Positions 1-8,046 of a DNA stretch of 56,246 nt are shown here, in pieces. Below the pieces are notes generated by a model, which saw only the letters and a list, made by a program, of their open reading frames with translations, made no database searches and had not been told where the DNA came from. The translations under genes were made by a program, and so were the position numbers. Source of the DNA: Ignavibacteriales bacterium (GTDB taxonomy: Bacteria; Bacteroidota; Ignavibacteria; UBA10030); the NCBI GenBank assembly GCA_037446575.1, contig JBBIII010000007.1:1-56246 (forward strand), given 5' to 3'. Numbering within the stretch: the first letter of the stretch is position 1; each line of letters opens with the position of its first letter.

Positions 1-49
1 TAAGTAATAAGTAAAAAGTAGTAAGTAGTAAGTAATAAGTATGAAGTAA
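1..49. repeat. Tandem heptamer array, 7 x (T/A/G)AAGTA(A/G/T); may extend beyond the window edge
   Basis: taagtaa taagtaa aaagtag taagtag taagtaa taagtat gaagtaa, read directly. Confidence 0.9.
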
Positions 50-103
50 AAAAGGATTAAGTATTAATTATTGAAAAGATTCAAATTGAACGGAAAAAAA
101 CAT

Positions 104-138
104 ACTGATAACTGAATACTGAAAACTGATAACTAATA
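104..138. repeat. Tandem heptamer array, 5 x ACTGATA-like
   Basis: actgata actgaat actgaaa actgata actaata. Confidence 0.9.
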
Positions 139-152
139 GAAAGGAGAAGAAA

Positions 153-182
153 ATGAAAATTCAATTAAGCGAAGGACCTTAA
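153..182 (+). CDS. Candidate leader peptide MKIQLSEGP
   Basis: AAGGAG at 141-146, ATG at 153, TAA at 180-182; same frame as the downstream large ORF. Confidence 0.35.
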   Translation: MKIQLSEGP

Positions 183-425
183 TTTGGTTGGGAAACCGAA
201 CGCTTAGAGGGAGTTATACTCCCGATAAAGTATGCCTTTCATCCTTGAGGTAAAAGTTCTAAGGATTCCGGTTGACCTTTGAGCAAGATAAACTGGAGAA
301 ATAAAAGTAAATATTTTTTAAGGAGTTACACCATGGAAAATATGTTGAAATATTCCAAAGGCGAAAAAACCTTGTATGGTGAGTTATATATAAACAAATA
401 CTTTTTTATAAAAAGGAGCAATACA

Positions 426-2606
426 TTGAAGTACTATTTTTCAAAAACGCTGGGAAGGGTGTTCACAACCCTACTCACAATTTCTCTCATAGCCGCCTTG
501 GCGATGGGACAAAATTTGGTTTTAAATAATAACGCAGTTACAAATACCGGAACCATAAACGTTAGAGGTAACATTAACACCTCAGGCGCAGGTAGTAGTG
601 TTGCAATCGGTGGAATAGTGAATCTCAACGGTTCAACAACCCTTCAACAGCTTGGCGTTTCTGGCGCGAATACAATTCAATTTGCGACCCTTAATGCTTT
701 AGGTTCAGTTGCTAAGCAAATGGATGTAAATGTAACCGTTACAGATGCTTTAACTGTCAATATTACAGGTGCATTAAATCTCGATGTGCAAGCAAATACC
801 TTAACATTAAGCGGAACATCAACACTTACATCTGGTTCTTTAGATGTTAGTGATGAAGGTAGTTCAGTTGTATATAATAGAAATTCCGGAAGTCAAACTG
901 TTTTAGGATTAGCATATGCCGGAGCTTTAACACTAACAGGAAATGCCTCAAAGAATTTAAGCGCCGATGCGAGCGTAGCGGGCGCGTTTTCACATGCAGG
1001 CGGTGATTTAACTGTTGATAGGAACTTAACAATTTCTTATGCAACACCTGCTTTTGGCACAATTGCGGATGTAACAGGCGGAAATACTCTCTCACTTTCT
1101 GGAACTGGCGCTAAATCTATCGCCGCAATTACTGCAATAACAGCCGGTAATACGATTGCCAACTCTGGTGCAAACGGTCTATTAACAATAACAGCGCTGA
1201 ATGGTAATGCTGGTACAATCACAGGCGGTTCCGGTGGAATCACATTTACAAATGCCGCTACAAATGCTGGGAATATAACCGGTGGTGCGGGAGCCGTAAC
1301 ATTCAGCAATACACTAACGCATAATGCCGGAACAATTACGGGCGCAGGCGGTGGAATAACATTTGGCGGCGCAGTTACAAGCGCAGGTAACATTAATGGC
1401 GGCACAGGCGCCGTAGCATTTAATAGCACGTTAGGGCAAACCGCCGGAACAATTACTTCCGGTTCTGGAGATATTACATTTGCCGGCGTTGTTACAAAAA
1501 ATGGTGGCTCTATTGCCTCATCTAATGCTGGCAACTTGCTTGATTTCCAAGCTAATGTTATTAACACTGGCGGAACAATTGACCTGACTTCAACAGGCGC
1601 GGCTGAATTTGCCGGTTCTGTCAATGCAACAGGACTTAACTTTGCCTCAGGTTCATCAGTTACATTTGATGGCGGTGCACAAACAATCCCAGCCGTTACA
1701 TTTGGTAATCTTACTCTTGGTGGCACTGCCGATAAAACTGGTGCAGGTTCATTCTCCATGGCGGGTAATCTTGTCTTAGATCAAAATCTTGATATGCTAA
1801 CAAACAGCGGAACGCTTACATTTGCAAGTGCAGGAACTGTTACTGGAACACGTGAAGTTGTCGGCGCTGTTGCTCGTACACATACTCTTGCTTCAGGAAC
1901 TGCCTATGCATTTAACCGCGCTGAAGTTACTATGCAATTTGCTTCTAATGAAGAAGCAGATGTTACGCTCGATATGCGACCAGGCGTTGCACCATCTGGC
2001 GTAGGTGCGAATTACATTAATCGTTACTACGGAGTCTCTTCTACGGCAGATTTGAGCGCAAATAACGCGGCATTGCAACTCTATTACCTTGATGGTGAAA
2101 GAGTAGGAACTATTACCGAGTCTAAATTAGGTATCAGCAAATACAATGGCACGTCCTTATCGAAGCTTAGTTCTAACGGCGGTTCATATACTCGCGTAGA
2201 TGGTTTAGCCAATACAATTGCTTTATCGAATGTAAATCAAGGTCTTTCCGGTATTACTCAATTTGCAATAGTGCCACTTGGTTACTACACAATTGCTAGT
2301 GGTAACTGGAATGCGATCGCAACATGGGGTTATACATCTGATGATATCCCAACTGCAACAGACGATGCGGAAGTTAGGCACACAGTAGCTATGGGTGGTG
2401 CAAACCGTCAAATTACTAACCTGACGATTACTGACGACGTAACTTATGATGGCAAACTTAATGTTAACGATGCCAACTTCACGGCAACATCTATTAACAA
2501 TACTGGTGAGATAAACGTCAGCGCAACACGCGAGTTAACAGTCTCTGGCGGCGATTTAACTAACTCAGGTACCATCACAAACGCTGGAACAATTACGGTT
2601 GAATAA
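426..2606 (+). CDS. Secreted Gly/Thr/Asn-rich beta-solenoid (adhesin/filament-like) protein, no T9SS CTD
   Basis: AAGGAG 413-418 then TTG 426 gives a Sec signal ending AMG|Q; about 19-aa NAGTITGGxGxITF repeats; SGNWxxxxTW motif near the C-terminus; alternative in-frame start ATG 333. Confidence 0.8.
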   Translation: MKYYFSKTLGRVFTTLLTISLIAALAMGQNLVLNNNAVTNTGTINVRGNINTSGAGSSVAIGGIVNLNGSTTLQQLGVSGANTIQFATLNALGSVAKQMDVNVTVTDALTVNITGALNLDVQANTLTLSGTSTLTSGSLDVSDEGSSVVYNRNSGSQTVLGLAYAGALTLTGNASKNLSADASVAGAFSHAGGDLTVDRNLTISYATPAFGTIADVTGGNTLSLSGTGAKSIAAITAITAGNTIANSGANGLLTITALNGNAGTITGGSGGITFTNAATNAGNITGGAGAVTFSNTLTHNAGTITGAGGGITFGGAVTSAGNINGGTGAVAFNSTLGQTAGTITSGSGDITFAGVVTKNGGSIASSNAGNLLDFQANVINTGGTIDLTSTGAAEFAGSVNATGLNFASGSSVTFDGGAQTIPAVTFGNLTLGGTADKTGAGSFSMAGNLVLDQNLDMLTNSGTLTFASAGTVTGTREVVGAVARTHTLASGTAYAFNRAEVTMQFASNEEADVTLDMRPGVAPSGVGANYINRYYGVSSTADLSANNAALQLYYLDGERVGTITESKLGISKYNGTSLSKLSSNGGSYTRVDGLANTIALSNVNQGLSGITQFAIVPLGYYTIASGNWNAIATWGYTSDDIPTATDDAEVRHTVAMGGANRQITNLTITDDVTYDGKLNVNDANFTATSINNTGEINVSATRELTVSGGDLTNSGTITNAGTITVE
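1201..1520 (+). repeat. Intragenic ~19-20-codon tandem repeats (5-6 copies) encoding beta-helix coils
   Basis: NAGTITGGSGGITF / NAGNITGGAGAVTF / NAGTITGAGGGITF / SAGNINGGTGAVAF / TAGTITSGSGDITF. Confidence 0.85.
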
Positions 2607-2659
2607 AATATTATAAATAAATGTAAATATTAAATTTATATGAATTATAAGAGTCATAT

Positions 2660-2863
2660 ATGAAAAATGATGGAAGACAAAATAAAATCGAATCTATTAC
2701 GCTGAAAGGTCGCAATACATTCTGGACTATCTTTTCAGTAAAAGCGTTTGGAAGCGATTTAGACTTCTACTTTGCAGAAAACCGAAACGGTAACGTGCAA
2801 AGTAAAGGCGTCTTCTGCAAAACTTCAAATGACTCAAGTATCATAATTGGTGAAAAATCATGA
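2660..2863 (+). CDS. Small hypothetical protein (67 aa), paralogous to the N-terminus of the next ORF
   Basis: ORF track; MKND..NK...I.L...N shared with the 2860 ORF; ATGA overlap with the next ORF. Confidence 0.5.
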   Translation: MKNDGRQNKIESITLKGRNTFWTIFSVKAFGSDLDFYFAENRNGNVQSKGVFCKTSNDSSIIIGEKS

Positions 2864-3543
2864 AGAACGATGATCAAAAAAATAAATCTGTGGGAATTAT
2901 TCTAAATAAAGGAAATTCTCCCGAAAGGTCTTTTGCGTATTCATCAGATTTGTTTGAATGTCGAGCTAATAATCGGATTACTCGCGAAGACGAACATGAT
3001 GATTTCTGTAGCTGGGCTATGAAACATCTCTCTACACGCTTAGCAACGATAAAGAGAAACCAGGATAGTATAAATCCTGTCCTACGCGATCACATATTAT
3101 CGAATAAGGAATTATACTTTGGAAAACATGCGAGTCCAAATTCACTTGATCATAATTCACCAAAATTGTTTTTACATTTACATTTTAGCAAACATCGGCT
3201 TTTATCGTCTAATATTCCTCATTTAACAGAGAAGACAACGGCAGTGAGCTATGCCGGACCAAAACAAAGCCAATTCAGCGGTTATTTATGTCCCGGGTAC
3301 GCGCAGAATTCAATTTTATCCGGTACCTGGAATTCTATTATGGTCAAATCGACTAGTCTTGTCTTACAGCGCTGGAGTGAAGTTTGCTCCTCTTCTCAGT
3401 CCATTTGCTGTTATTGGAGCGGATTTGAAAGCATATATTTCCAAGATCCGTATTCAAAAGGACAAAACAGGTTAGAAGTGCGGTCTTGCTCAGACCAAAC
3501 TCAGAAGTTCAAAGTTATGAAGATGAATATCATACTTAAATAG
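2860..3543 (+). CDS. Hypothetical protein (227 aa)
   Basis: ATGA-coupled to the upstream ORF and followed by a terminator-like hairpin; no recognisable family; Ser-rich 3' half is of uncertain coding status. Confidence 0.45.
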   Translation: MKNDDQKNKSVGIILNKGNSPERSFAYSSDLFECRANNRITREDEHDDFCSWAMKHLSTRLATIKRNQDSINPVLRDHILSNKELYFGKHASPNSLDHNSPKLFLHLHFSKHRLLSSNIPHLTEKTTAVSYAGPKQSQFSGYLCPGYAQNSILSGTWNSIMVKSTSLVLQRWSEVCSSSQSICCYWSGFESIYFQDPYSKGQNRLEVRSCSDQTQKFKVMKMNIILK

Positions 3544-3555
3544 TAAATTGATTTC

Positions 3556-3604
3556 AGAGAGAAGGTAAGCTTTACTCCTTCTTGCCTTCTCTCTAATCTT
3601 TATT
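3556..3604 (+). terminator. Probable intrinsic terminator
   Basis: agagagaaggtaag (3556-3569) pairs with cttgccttctctct (3581-3594), then aatcttttatt. Confidence 0.6.
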
Positions 3605-3860
3605 GAAATATTGGAGTAGTTACTAAGGAGTATAGTTGTATTTTGTTAGTTGAAATTGTAAGTAGAAGAAGAAAATAGAAAATGAATAATAAAATAACAT
3701 ATTGGTTGATTGAAAAATTTCATCATATCAAAGCGGCTTGTCAAAGGACGATGCTTGAAATTATTTTGACGGATACTATGATATGCTGGATTACTATTTT
3801 CAGAAATTATTATATGTTATATTCAAGTGATTGTTGCAAATTAAATCAACAGGTGGCCCT

Positions 3861-6800
3861 ATGGTCGCAAAGTTAACTAAAATATTGCCGCGTTGCCTAA
3901 GTATGCATAGAAAACGGCTTACCCGTTCGAGTTTGACTGCATTTGTTTTATTGCTGTTGGTTACTGCAAGTACAAATTCGCAAAACTTTATCAATACCAG
4001 TACGGGTAAATACAGTGGTCAGGGCACATTCCGCGTAAAAAATAATGCTACCGGTTTACCTGATACTGTAACCGGTACTTTTGAATTTTTTGGAACAGGA
4101 AAGCATTCGATTGAATCTAAGAATTATGAAAATCTTAGACTAAAGGGTGACGCAAATACAATTAGAACTACAACCGCTGGCGATTTGGGTATTCTTAAAA
4201 CAGTTGCTATTGCCGACGGCGTTAGATTTGAAGTTGCTTCAACAATGAATTTAGAAAAGTTAGAAGGCAGAATTACTAAAGAAGAGGGACTTATCATCGG
4301 AAAAGTGAAAAAATCTGCAGATTTCAATGCTTCCGCGCCCGATTCTTCCGACTTCGGAGGGATTGGTATGTCCATTCGTTCTGATGCAACATCTCCGGGT
4401 ACAATAGAAATTTTACGCACATCAGGTTCAGGTATCACAGGTTCTACTGGAAATAATTCAATCTCAAGAGTTTATGATGTAAATCCAGAGGTAACCGGTG
4501 GGTTCGAGGGTAAAATATTCTTCCGCTATGCGAAAGATGAATTAAATAATCAAGATTCGATGACCTTGGATCTGTGGCGTTCAATTGATGGTAATACTTG
4601 GCGAAGACAAAGAACACTTAGAAATGGAAATATCTTAGAACGAACAGGCAAATTCCTAAATGGATTGTGGACTGCCTCCGATGCATCTAATTTGCTTGGA
4701 AGAAAAAATTATGAATTCGACCCAGATTCTATTTTTGCATTAGGTGCAGATTCTCTTAAAGGTAGAGTCAATAAGTTGATGATTAATCCATTTGTCGCGC
4801 AGGTTACAGATATTTATGGAAATCCAATTCAAGGCGCTATGGTTCAATTCAGCATCGATTCTATTCCAGATGGCGCAGTGGGACAGTTACTTACAAATTC
4901 TAATGTTATTACGAATTCTCAAGGTCAAGCCGAAACATATCTACATCTCGGCGATAAGAAAGGCAAGTATAAAATATTAGCTAAGGTGATCTCCGGAGAT
5001 TCAGCCCGAATGGAATTTTTCGGCTTTGGTGAATCTGGCGTAAGTAATTTCGTATCTAAATCTACAATAGTTTTTGATACTGTTAGAAAAGAAATCGGAC
5101 CGTTCACTGTCGAGGCGTTTGACGATCAAGGTCTTTTAGTTTCATCGAGCGAAGTGATATGGAGTGTCAGACCTCCAATAGATAAGTATTCTACAATGCA
5201 TGAAGTTGTCGTTTCTAAATCCGATACAATAACAAATGCAAATGGAAGCGCGCAAGCTTATGTGCTACTTGGCGAAAAAACCGGCGATTATATTATCGAA
5301 GCTCGATCAAAAGAAAACGATAGTGTGTTTGCCGCTTTCACTGTTAGAGCGCTGCACGGATTGCCTTCACTCGCTAATTGGGAAGATAATATTGCTCGGC
5401 AAGATACCATTGGCGCTGTTATGCCCGAATTCAAATATAGAATTACGGACGTAGATACAAATGCAGTTCCTGCTCGCTTAGTCCGATTTGCATTATACCA
5501 ACCCGATGGCAGTTTAATTGATACAATTCGCACATCAACAAACACCGAGGGGACTGCAAAAGCGTCGTTTAATTACGGCTTAAAAGCAGGCAAATATATT
5601 GTGCAAGCTGAAGATATTAATCTTCTTGGTTCAACTCGTTTTGATACCTGCATCGCAAAACATGGTAAAACAGCAAAGTTCGATCAAATTTATTCCTCTG
5701 TATCCGATACAATTGGAGCTACAATATTATTTGGCGTTAAACTCGCCGATAGAGGAGATAACCCTGTAGATTCTGAATCAGTCATATATAAATTTGTAGA
5801 TGTGCCACTTGGGTCGTCCCCCTCGCTCATTAAAGATAGTGTCTTGACAGACACAAGCGGTAATGCTTTAAACTATTTAGTGCTCGGAGATAAAATAGGA
5901 GCATATACTATACAAGCGGAAGCATCATCGTTGGCATATTATCCAATTCAATTTAATTTTAACGCACGTGCTGGTCTGCCGCAAAAAATGCTCGCTGAGC
6001 GCGGCTTTAATCAAGAAGCGGAAATTTTACAACCGCTTAACATTCCATTTGAAGTGCGTCTAACAGATAGAGCAAACAATCCGCTTGCTAATGATACAAT
6101 TCGATTTACATTTGCCGAAGTACCCGATTCGATTGCTAATACTGGTTACTCATTGACTAATTCGCAAGATATAACGGATATTAACGGTATTGCATCTACA
6201 TATTTAACGCTTGGCAATAAAATTGGGGAATATAAGGTTAGAGCGATTTCTAATAAACTAAACACGCCGGTAGAATTCATTGCTCGCGCACTTCCCGGTT
6301 CTGCAAGAATTATAGCGTATAGATATGGCGGCTACGGACAGAAAACAATTCTTTCTCTTCTCGATACAGCGCTTACTGTTAGAGTAACTGACTTAGGCGG
6401 AAATCCTGTTTCAAATACATTAGTTAGATTTACAATCCAAAATACACCTACTAACGCTTGGGGTTATAGAATTGGACGCGACACTACGTGGTCAATTTCT
6501 TTCGATACTGTCAGAACAAATTCTTCTGGATTGGCGGCAAGCTATTTGCGCTTAGGTTCAAAAGTTGGCGCTTATAGAGTAATTGCAACATCGCCGGCAT
6601 TATCGGATACAATAAGATTTTCTAATATTACAGCCACGGTTGGCGCTCCAAAAATATTAACATATTTGCCTGATTCATTAGGAAATCCCGGCAATGCTCA
6701 AGTGATGCAAATCGGCGATACGCTCAGACCATTTATTGTTCAAGTACGCGATACAGGCGATAATTTTGTTCCTTATGTTAAAGTAAACTTCACAATTTTA

Positions 6801-7943
6801 CAACGTCCGGCTTTGGATACAAGCGCGGCTCTTATAGCTTCAAGAGATACTACCGATATTATCGGAAGCGCTTACACAATATTAGCTTTAGGCGATAGGA
6901 GAGGAATTTACAGAGTCAAAGCGTCTGTGCCCGGACTTAAAGATACAGTCTTTATTGCTGAAGCTCGAATGCTGTTAGCAGACGCTAATCACGATAATTA
7001 TCAGAATATTGGCGATTTAACTGCAATGATCGATCATGTTTTAGGAAAGAAACGTCTCAATAGAATCCAATTCTTAAAATCTGATATATATCCAACGCTT
7101 CCCGATGGATCAATTGGTGATGGCATTGTTGATTTCAGAGATATAGTTGCTTGCCGCGACAGTCTATTAGTCGCCGGTTGGATACCGACACAAGATCAAA
7201 TTCAAAGTAATTTAAGTATCTCATTCAAATTGAGCGGCGCATCGGTAGCGCAAGGAGTAGGCGCGCAACTTCTAACATCAACAACAGATTCGTGCTATAT
7301 ACAAACGACGCATATCGGCTCTCGGTTCACATTAAAGAATTCTATTCCAATAAAAGGTATGCAAGCTGTAATTTATTTAAAGAACCCTGCAATTATAGAT
7401 ACAACTGATCTAATATTCCCGCGCGCAAGTATGATGCGCACCGAAGTGAAGAGTGTTGGCAAGGTAGTTACTGTTATTTTGTGGAATACAAACAATATCC
7501 CAATAGAACCGGGTGATTCTGCAATATTCCGTCTGCCTGTGCAATTAACAAATAATAATGTGGATTCAATTAATATACTTATGAGTACAGGTGATAATAA
7601 CACTGTCGGTCTACTTGGCACTAAGAATATGGATATAAGAAATCTCATTCCCAAAGATTATATGTTATACCAAAATTATCCGAATCCGTTTAATCCTTCA
7701 ACAACAATTCAATTTGATGTGCCGGAAGTTGCAGGTAAAATGCCGCGCGTAGCGATTCAGATATTTAATATTTTGGGACAAAAAGTTACAACAATTGAAC
7801 GCAACGTTTATGATGCCGGTCGTTATACAGTAACTTGGCATGGTATAAATGAAAATGGCGCGCGTGTTGCAAGTGGCGTCTATTTCTATCGCTTACTTGC
7901 CGGCGAATATGCGAGCACCAAGAAAATGGTAATGTTAAAATAA
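3861..7943 (+). CDS. Large T9SS cargo: N-terminal solenoid module, 7 invasin/Big_1-like Ig repeats, dockerin-like domain, cohesin-like region, T9SS/FlgD-Ig CTD
   Basis: AGGTGG then ATG 3861; signal ending TNS|Q; 7 x T(N/D)xxGxA...GxKxGxY; DANHDNYQNIGD...DGIVDFRD; QNYPNPFNPST...SGVYFYRL...KKMVMLK. Confidence 0.85.
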   Translation: MVAKLTKILPRCLSMHRKRLTRSSLTAFVLLLLVTASTNSQNFINTSTGKYSGQGTFRVKNNATGLPDTVTGTFEFFGTGKHSIESKNYENLRLKGDANTIRTTTAGDLGILKTVAIADGVRFEVASTMNLEKLEGRITKEEGLIIGKVKKSADFNASAPDSSDFGGIGMSIRSDATSPGTIEILRTSGSGITGSTGNNSISRVYDVNPEVTGGFEGKIFFRYAKDELNNQDSMTLDLWRSIDGNTWRRQRTLRNGNILERTGKFLNGLWTASDASNLLGRKNYEFDPDSIFALGADSLKGRVNKLMINPFVAQVTDIYGNPIQGAMVQFSIDSIPDGAVGQLLTNSNVITNSQGQAETYLHLGDKKGKYKILAKVISGDSARMEFFGFGESGVSNFVSKSTIVFDTVRKEIGPFTVEAFDDQGLLVSSSEVIWSVRPPIDKYSTMHEVVVSKSDTITNANGSAQAYVLLGEKTGDYIIEARSKENDSVFAAFTVRALHGLPSLANWEDNIARQDTIGAVMPEFKYRITDVDTNAVPARLVRFALYQPDGSLIDTIRTSTNTEGTAKASFNYGLKAGKYIVQAEDINLLGSTRFDTCIAKHGKTAKFDQIYSSVSDTIGATILFGVKLADRGDNPVDSESVIYKFVDVPLGSSPSLIKDSVLTDTSGNALNYLVLGDKIGAYTIQAEASSLAYYPIQFNFNARAGLPQKMLAERGFNQEAEILQPLNIPFEVRLTDRANNPLANDTIRFTFAEVPDSIANTGYSLTNSQDITDINGIASTYLTLGNKIGEYKVRAISNKLNTPVEFIARALPGSARIIAYRYGGYGQKTILSLLDTALTVRVTDLGGNPVSNTLVRFTIQNTPTNAWGYRIGRDTTWSISFDTVRTNSSGLAASYLRLGSKVGAYRVIATSPALSDTIRFSNITATVGAPKILTYLPDSLGNPGNAQVMQIGDTLRPFIVQVRDTGDNFVPYVKVNFTILQRPALDTSAALIASRDTTDIIGSAYTILALGDRRGIYRVKASVPGLKDTVFIAEARMLLADANHDNYQNIGDLTAMIDHVLGKKRLNRIQFLKSDIYPTLPDGSIGDGIVDFRDIVACRDSLLVAGWIPTQDQIQSNLSISFKLSGASVAQGVGAQLLTSTTDSCYIQTTHIGSRFTLKNSIPIKGMQAVIYLKNPAIIDTTDLIFPRASMMRTEVKSVGKVVTVILWNTNNIPIEPGDSAIFRLPVQLTNNNVDSINILMSTGDNNTVGLLGTKNMDIRNLIPKDYMLYQNYPNPFNPSTTIQFDVPEVAGKMPRVAIQIFNILGQKVTTIERNVYDAGRYTVTWHGINENGARVASGVYFYRLLAGEYASTKKMVMLK

Positions 7944-7972
7944 GGAAATCCTTCCTACCGGAAGGATTTCCT
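7943..7972. repeat. Perfect 13-bp inverted repeat overlapping the stop codon (GGAAATCCTTCC element)
   Basis: aggaaatccttcc-tacc-ggaaggatttcct; no U-tract; same motif recurs at 56.1 kb. Confidence 0.9.
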
Positions 7973-8046
7973 AATAGTAAATAATATCAAATGATTTAAT
8001 TGGACAGTTATTTGAAAAATCAAATAAAAGAATATGGGTTTTTAGA

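Noticed and set aside
1-138. CRISPR array
   Set aside because: Units are 7 bp with no spacers; no cas genes in the window
279-425. ORF-track start at TTG 279
   Set aside because: No SD at 279; SD-supported starts are 333 and 426, and the signal peptide fits 426
1037-1759. 240-aa minus-strand ORF, and the many other antisense ORFs in the track
   Set aside because: Shadows of real genes caused by codon bias and repeats; no SD or recognisable motifs
2770-2805. Resemblance to a c-di-GMP-I riboswitch (GCA..AAACC GAAA GG..GCAAAG)
   Set aside because: The P2-like stem is too short and I see no P3 or tetraloop receptor; kept only as a generic switch candidate
3682-3876. 64-aa ORF as a third paralog of the small ORFs (NKI, YSSD)
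   Set aside because: Similarity is limited to a few residues and the SD is weak; cannot be supported
7944-7955. Stop-codon read-through adding GNPS to CTD proteins
   Set aside because: TAA is a poor read-through codon, the sequence after GNPS is not conserved among the three copies, and an extension would mask the terminal sorting signal
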